DNA of 64,000 nucleotides, from positions 2,144,001 to 2,208,000 of the forward strand of contig OZ257142.1 in the NCBI GenBank assembly GCA_965279035.1, given 5' to 3'. Below the pieces are notes generated by a model. That model made no database searches, was not told the DNA's origin, and was given only the letters and a program-made list of their open reading frames with translations. Both the position numbers and the translations under genes were made by a program. Below are positions 29,342 to 38,300 of the stretch, one piece after another. Origin of the DNA: Bacteroidia bacterium. GTDB taxonomy: Bacteria > Bacteroidota > Bacteroidia > M30B66. Position 1 is the stretch's first letter. Each line of letters starts with the position of its first letter.

Positions 29342-32300
29342 ATGAATTTCAGATACCTCTTGTTAGTACCTGCGATACTACTTAGTTTCATCGCCAAATC
29401 ACAATCGAATGCCCTAAATTTTGGAGGAGGTAGCGATTTTGTGAATATTAATCCCATGATTCCCTATTCGGGTGATTTTACCTTGGAAACATGGTTTAAT
29501 ACATCAGATCCCAATACAACATTTTTTGCATGGGGCGGTCCTGGAGTCAACAATTACCTCAATTTTGGATTAAATACCGGTAAACCTCGTTTAGCAATTG
29601 GTAATGGTACCTTTATTACCCAATTGGATGGTATTGGTAATTGGAATGATGGTATATGGCATCACCTTGCAGTTACTAAAACAGCATCTACGGTTTTGTT
29701 TTATGTAGATGGTTTAGCATCGGGTAGTGGTGTCGTTACTAATTCAGCTGGAGCTTATTCTTATTCAAGCATCGGGGCGGGATTATTTAATAATCTCATG
29801 CAAGGCTTTGCTCCACTAAGTATTGATGAGTTGAAAATTTGGAATGTTGCGAAATCCGCCGTTTACATTTCATCAAATTACAATTGTAACCTAGTAGCAC
29901 CACAACCCAATCTTGTTGCTTATTACACATTTAATCAAGGAATTGCGAATGGTTCTAACATCGGAATAAACACTCTTCTTGATCAAAGCGGGAATAACCG
30001 AAATGGACTTCTAAATAATTTTACTTTAACAGGATCATCCTCGAACTGGGTAAATTCAGGAGCTATTCCACCTACAGGATTCTATCGAACTGTTGCCTCA
30101 GGTAATTGGAGAAATCCTGCTATATGGGAAACAAAAAATGGTAACTGTTGGGTTCCTGCTATTCAATTCCCTGATTTCCATGCTCAAGACATTGAAGTTT
30201 CATCTGGACATACCATTCAAGTCGATTCAGTTATTCAAATAGATCAAACAACAATTCTTTCTGGTGCAACTGTAATCATTGGTATTGCTGGTAATCTAGA
30301 GGTGAAAAATGGTTTTGGGGCAGATTTAACGATTGAAGGAACTCTAAACATCTCTAATGGATTGTTCACTCAAAATACGAGTTCTAACACGATTATATCA
30401 AATAGTGGAATATGCAATTTTGCTCAAGGAACAATGGGCGGTTCAGGTAACATTGATATCAGTAGTGGCACATTTAATATTATTGGCACTAGTCCTAAAA
30501 ACTTCTCTGGAGTTAATACGATATCCAATTTTGGCTTAATTAATTGGGCTACAGGCGCTGGAAACATTACCTTTTCTGGCGGTAATATTACTCTAGTTAA
30601 TAATGGAAACTTCACTATTTCCACTGCTTCTCAGTTGTTCAACAATGGAAATCCAACATCCACTTTCCAAATTCAAAATGCAGGTACACTTACGAAAAAT
30701 AATACAGGTTCTTGCATCTTTGGGGATGGAGTTACGGTAAGCAATACCAATCAAATTCAATTAAATAATGGGAAAATTGAATTTTCAAATGCATCATTTA
30801 TCAATGCAGGTTCTATTAATTGGAATGCTTCAACAACAATTAAAACTACAAATTCAACAGTAGAAATAAACGCTGGGACAAACATCATTGGTGACGGAAA
30901 ATTTGAATTAAATACATCTACAATCAGCATGAGTTCATTGTTAGAAATGCCTACAGGTTCTAGCATTGATATGAATTCTGGAACATGGAATGGTGAGGGT
31001 ACCATTCGAATGCTTGCTAACAGTATTTTTAGTTGGTATGGCGGTAATTTAAGTGGAGCCATCACCACCGAATTACAATCCAATTCAACCATGTTTATTT
31101 ATAGCAATGTGGAACTAACCGAAAATCACGCTATTCAAAATCATGGAACACTTGTATTCGTAGGAGATGCTTCTATTGATTTTCCTGGAGATGCTAGTCA
31201 AGTTACAATTGATAACTACAACAATCTAAACCTAACTACAACGGGAAATATCATAGCCAGTTCAGGAACATTAAATCGACTTACGTTAACCAATAAATCG
31301 GGTGGTGTTATAACTAAATCATCTGGTACAACAGAGTTGGGAGCACAAGTCAAATTTTTCAATGAAGCTGGTTCACAATTAACGATCAATGGAGGAATAC
31401 TAAATATTCAATCACTTGAAAAACTCTTTGAAGGAAATATTCAAGTGAATGAATTTGGATTTCTTGGTGGATCATCTGCAATTGAATTTAAAGGTCAATT
31501 CCTTACCAATTCTGGACATGTTAATTTCCCTGATTTTATCTTTAATGGTGAAATTCAACAAGTAATTAATGGAACCTCACAAGGAGCATTTTCGAATTTG
31601 AGCATCAACAATGGTTTGGATGTGATTTTAGATAATGATATTTTCATCGATAATAATTTAAATCTAATCAGCGGGTTTCTTCGTGGACCTTCTAAAACTG
31701 TTACAGCCGGAACTTTTGCAGATATTCTAAATGGTTCGGTAAATAGTTATTTAGATGCAAAACTCATTCGTGGTTTTGACATTCAACCTACTCAGTTTTT
31801 CCCGATCGGTAGCTCATCAGGTTATACTCCTGTTTCCATCGAAGTTTTTGGGGCTGAAGAAGGTGTTTCAATTATGGCTCAAGCAACTGGAACGGATCAT
31901 CCAGATGCTGCCAATTCAGGATTACAAAGTCAAAAATCAATCAATAGTTATTGGAATATAAATTCGGTTGGTAGCAGCTATGATCATTTGGATGTAACAT
32001 TCAACTACAACTTGCCTCAAATTGATTTACTAGCTAATCCGATAAACTTTCAAGTGGCCCAATACAGCAATTTAGTTTGGCAAAATTTGAATTTGGGAAC
32101 GATTACTCAAAACTCAATTCAAGCACTGAATGTAACAACTTCGGGAGAGTTCTATGTGGCTGAAGGAAGTTCTCCATTACAAGGTGCTGCACTTAATTTC
32201 TCTGGTTATACGAATATTGTTCAAGGTCCTGATCAACTCATTCCGAATTCAAGTAATCCCTATTCTGTATCAATATGGGCTCGAACTGATCAAGTTGTTC

Positions 32301-35300
32301 CTGGAGTATTTAGCACCTTTATTTCTCAAGGACGTAAATTCTATCTTGGTTACGATCAATATGGAAAGATTCGAGTTGGTGATGATTGGTTGACTACTGT
32401 TCCTTTTCCTACGGATGGATTGTGGCATAATTACTTGGTTGTTCGAAATACAAATTCAACTGAATTGTATATCGACGGCGCTTTAGCTGCATCAATCGAT
32501 TATTCTATATCTAATCCAGAACCTGTAAATGATGATCCGGTTGCTAGATTTTATATTGGTGGACAATGGTTTGGACCAAGTGTAGAAAATTGGCAAGGTG
32601 ATATTGATGAGTTATTAGTGTGGAATCGTCCTTTATGTGCAAATGAAATTGCAGATCGTTATCATTGTGAAGTTTCATTTGGACTACCTGGACTTATAGC
32701 AGCTTATAATTTCAATGAGGGAATTGCCAATGGTTCTAATGCTAATGTTGTTCAAGTTCCAGATCATTCGGGAAATAACAATAACGCCACCTTGATCAAT
32801 TTTGCACTTGAAGGAAACAGCTCAAACTGGGTTCCAGTTGGTGGAGTTTTTTCGGGAGAAAACTGTTCCGGCATGGAATCGATTATGATCTATCGTGATG
32901 CGGATAACGATGGCTTTGGTAATTTCAATAATTTCATGTGGATTAATGGTGCATGTACTATTCCATATGGATATACTTACGATTACGATGATTGTGATGA
33001 TGAGAATTCGAATGTCAACCCTAACGCTGTGGAATTCTGTGATGGTATTGATAATAATTGTTCAGGGACTGCTGATGAAAACAATGCATTATCGTTTGAT
33101 GGAGCGAATGATTACGTAACCATTCCAGAATTCAGCATCGGATCAAATCCTTTCACTATCGAATTCTGGACACGCCCTGAATTATGGCCTAATAATGAAG
33201 CTTATTTAGTAAGCAACCGAACTTTCGAATTCGATAATGTGGGGAATTGGTACCGAATCAGTATGTTATCTACTGGTCATATTGGTGTTGAATTCGGATT
33301 GTCAAATCAAGCTGTTGGGTTGAATTTGATTTCTTCTTCTATCGTACCTGTTGGTATGTGGAGCCATATTGCATTGAAACGCGATGCTCAAAATAAAGTA
33401 AGCTTATTCATCAACGGAAATCCAGAAGGTACAATCAACGATTTAGCTCGTAACTTCAGTTCATTAGATCATAACGTATGGATTGGAAGCTGGGGAGCAA
33501 TAAATCTTGCTTTTTATAATGGAACCATTGACGATTTACGATATTGGAACATAGCCCGAACAGACTTAGAAATTCGAAGTAACCAAGTAGCTAATTTTGC
33601 TCAAGTTGATGGTTTACTGAGGAATTATACTTTCAACCAAGGCGGAGCAGGTGGTGAAAATGGTGCAGTTACAACTCTGATTGATTTAGTGAATAATGAA
33701 AATGGTAGTCTAAACAATTTTGCATTAAGTAGTGATGTTTCTGGAAGTAATTGGGTAGGTTCATATTCGACAGTTGTTTATCCAGATATAGATGGCGATG
33801 GTTATGGAGATGAAGCGAATTACATCGAAGTTAATTCTGCTTGTCAGGTTCCTTTAAATTACATTTCCTATGGTCATGATTGTGATGATCAAAATTCTGC
33901 AGTGAATCCTGATGCAACTGAAATTGCAAACGGAATTGATGATAATTGTAATGATCAAATAGATGAAAACATCGCTTGTAATATCAGCCTTTCTGGGGCA
34001 AGTGGTGACAGTCTTATCGTTTGTTTAGAGAATAATCAAAATACAGGAAATGTTCATTTAGTAGTTTCTGGAGGAGCGGCACCTTATACATTCAGTGGTG
34101 CTGATACATTGAATTTAACTTCGGGTGTTTACCAATATCAAGTAATTGATGCGAATGGTTGTCAAGCAAACACCTCGGTTGAAGTCATTGTTACACATTG
34201 TATCATTCCATATTATCAACCACCTGTAAACGATACCATCAGTAATCTCATTGGTTCTGAACTTACACAGTTATTCTATTATCCTGAAAGCTTTGCTGAT
34301 TCGACAACTGCTAATGAGATTTTCCTAATCAGTGATGTGGAAGGTGAAGTATTGATTGAAATTATCGCCAATAACGGACAATACGATGCCCTTCTTGCTT
34401 TATTGCAAACTCCTGCATACGGCTTACACGATACGATCGACAATGGTGATAGTACATTAATCATTAGTGGTTTATTTCCAATAGCCAATTTGATCAAACT
34501 CGATTCACTTCCCGAACTCATCAACTACGTTCGTCCTTACTATTCACCTATCAATGGAAATTTTGCTTCTACTGGTTTGACTAAAACTCAAGGAGATTTG
34601 GTGATGGGTGGAGTAGATGCTAAAAACGGATGGGAAGTTTCGGGGCAAGGAGTAAAAGTGGGTGTTTTATCGGATAGTTATAATACTAAAACAGGTAATA
34701 AAGCTGCCTTAGATGTAATAAATGGTGATTTACCGGGAACAGGAAATCCCAATTATATTCAACCAGTTGTTGTAACGGGAGAATATAATTTTGGTCGCGC
34801 TTCGGATGAAGGACGAGCCATGTTGCAAATCATTCACGATGTAGCTCCCAATGCTGAATTATACTTCCGTACCGGATTTATTTCACCTGGTAACTTTGCT
34901 GAAGGAATCAAGGAATTAGCTGATTCGGGTTGTAAAGTGATTGTTGATGACATCACCTACATTACCGAACCTTATTATCAAGATGGGGTAATTGCTCAAG
35001 CGGTTGAACAAGTTTCTTCTTTAGGTGTGAATTACTTTACTTCTGCAGGAAATTTCGGATCTCAATCATATGAAGGAGTTTTTACTCAAACTACAGCACC
35101 ATCTGGATACACCGGACTAGCTCATAATTATGGAGGGGGAGATGTATATCAAAGCATTACACTTGAAAAAGGAACTTATACTATTGCGCTCCAATGGGAA
35201 GATGAATTCTATTCTTTAGGCCAATCCAATGGTGCACAAAACGACCTCGATATTTATTTGGTTGATCAGTTCGGTAATCGTTTATTTGGTTTCAACCGAA

Positions 35301-38300
35301 ATAATTTGGGAGGTGATCCACTTGAAATACTTCCTTTTGTTGTCAAGGCAACTATTGATGCAAACTTGATTGTGACTCGTAAATCAGGTTCTGGTAATGT
35401 GAAATTTAAATACATAGTATTTAGAGGTAATCTCAAATTTAATGAACATGAACAAGGAACATCCACTGTCGTTGCTCAAGCCAATGCAGCAAGTGCTATG
35501 TCGGTAGGTGCGGTTCTTTATAGCAATACTCCTTCATATGGTGTAAATCCACCAACACCTGCTAGTTTTTCTTCACGTGGTGGATTATTAATCAATGGAA
35601 TTGATCGTCAGAAACCAGATTTCTGTGCACCGAATGGTGTTAACACGACCGTTAATTTTGGTGGAGTAAATATCGATGGTGATGCTTTCCCTAATTTCTT
35701 CGGAACATCTGCAGCTGCTCCACATGCGGCTGGTGCTGCAGCTTTGATTCAGGAAGCGACCATGCGATTTGATTCTATTCATCTTTCTGGTTCGGAAATG
35801 AAAGCAGTTCTAAAATCATCCGCTTTAGATATGGTATCACCTGGCTATGATGTTGCTTCTGGTAGTGGTTTTATTCGTGTAAGTAATGCCCTACAACAAT
35901 TTGCCAATCCTCGTCCAGACTTGCAGTCTATTGAATTATCGGATTCTACTTTGACTCCTGGAGAAGATCCTATCTCAGTTATTTTCAAAGGTAATTATTT
36001 CAATCCCAACGCCAGTATCATTTTCCAATACGATACTATTCCAGTTCAATTCCTAAGTGATTCGCAATTAGTTGCTCAGATTCCCCAATTTGTTGGAAAT
36101 CCTCCAATAACCATTTACAATCCTGCTATCTCAAATAATGGGAACGATGGTGGTATAAGCGATTCGCTTTATTTTTTCGGAAATATTCCACTTAATGTGG
36201 TTGTGAAAGTGAATGATGCTGTGAAACTCTATGGGGAAAAAATACCTGCATATGAAGTAGCAATTTCCGTTAATAATCAACCTTTAGCTTCCACCGGTTT
36301 ATCGCTCGAACAATTAGGATTAGATGATTTAACATTTAGTTCTTCGTCAACTAATCTTTCCAATGTTGGATTGTATTACCGCCGTGCACATTCCAATGTG
36401 ACTGATTTAAGTTTGTTTTCAAGTCAGCAATTGGCTCAATTATACAACTACCAGTTTATTGATGGATTGCTGACTATTAATCGCATGCCACTTCAAGTTA
36501 CACCGCGCGATACAAGTTTAGTTTACGGTGCATCTATCAACGGAAAAGCAATTGGTTTTCATTACGAGTATGATCATACGAATGTAGATCCGATGGATCA
36601 AAGTGTTTTGCTTGATTCAATTGAAACTACACATCAATCAACAATTTCTCGAAGTGTAATTTTGGTAGATGGCCGTCGCGCTGTGAATGGTCGAATCTTA
36701 ACTGATTCAGATTTGTTAAACATGAGTTTCCTTGCGAGTGGACGAGTTTCTGATAATGCCTTGTCTGTTTCAAATGGACGTCGAGCTGTGAACGGAATTA
36801 CATTCGATACCACATCCTTTGTTCCTCTTGCTTCAGAAGCCATTTTCGATTACCAAATTGATGATGCAAATTCAACGATTTACAATGCTATCTCTCTGGC
36901 GAATGGTCGACGAGCTGTAAATGGTATTGCGGCTGCCAATGGTCGTAGAGCAGTAAATGGAGAAGTATTGATAAATGGTCGACGTGCAGTAAATGGACGT
37001 CGTGCTGTGAATGGTCGACGTGCTGTTAATAGCAGCACATTCAACGAAAACAGTAACGATAATGCAGTTGTATTGCTCGATTCTCTTGATGCAGAAGATT
37101 CGGATGGTGATAATACAGTAGCGAACGATTCCATTGTTGGATATACTTCCATGAACCTCATTACAGGAGTTACAGTTGGAAACTGGCTTATTGCTCCAGG
37201 TGTTTTGATGTCCGAAAACTTTACGATTTCATACGGATTAGGTCATTTAACAATTACTCCAGAAACACTTGAGGTAAAAGCAAACAATCAGGTTAAAACG
37301 TGTTCTTCGGGAATGCCAACGTTTACATCTGTCCAAGAGATATATCAATATGAACAAGCCGACAGTACTGTTATTGCTAGCGGTCCCGACTTTTCTTTAG
37401 TGAACAATGCAGGTGAAATTGTTTTACCAGCCAATTTGGTTGCTGGAACATATCAGATTGTACCAAGTAATGTGGTATTGATCGATTCCATGGCGAATTA
37501 TCAGCTTGTCTATATTCCAGGAACACTTACGGTAAGTGATGGTCCGAATGCAAAAGCTACAGAAGGACAAATAAGCTGCTTTGGTGGAACTACAACAGTA
37601 AACGTCACAGCAACTGGAGGTACAGCTCCATATACTGGAACAGGTTTGAAAACGGTTTCAGCTGGAGTATATAGTTTTACAGTGACTGATGCGAATGGTT
37701 GTACTTCAGTAGTGAGTGGAAACATCAGCCAACCAACAGCCTTGCAAGCATCGGGTGTAGCTGGAACCATTGCATGCTTTGGCGGAACAACAACGGTAAA
37801 TGTTACTGCTACAGGTGGAACTGCACCATACACGGGAACGGGATTAAAAACTGTTTCAGTTGGAGCGTATAGTTTCACTGTGACTGATGCGAATGGATGT
37901 ACTTCGGTTGTGAGTGGAAACATCAGCCAACCAACAGCATTACAAGCATCAGGCGTAGCTGGAACCATTGCATGCTTTGGCGGAACTACAACTGTTAGTG
38001 TTACTGCAACAGGTGGAACAGCACCATACACAGGAACAGGATTGAAAACGGTTTCGGCTGGAGCGTATAGTTTTACAGTGACTGATGCCAATGGATGTAC
38101 TTCGGTTGCGAGTGGAAACATCAGCCAACCAACGGCATTACAAGCATCAGGCGTAGCCGGAACTATTGCTTGCTATGGCGGAACAACAACTGTTAACATA
38201 ACAGCAACGGGCGGAACAGCACCATACACGGGAACTGGTTTGAAAACGGTTTCAGCTGGAGCATATAGTTTCACCGTGACAGATGCTCGCGGATGTACTT

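Noticed and set aside
37510-38121. 203-aa repetitive minus-strand ORF, and similar short ORFs overlapping long genes throughout the window
   Set aside because: Antisense or out-of-frame shadows of well-supported CDSs.
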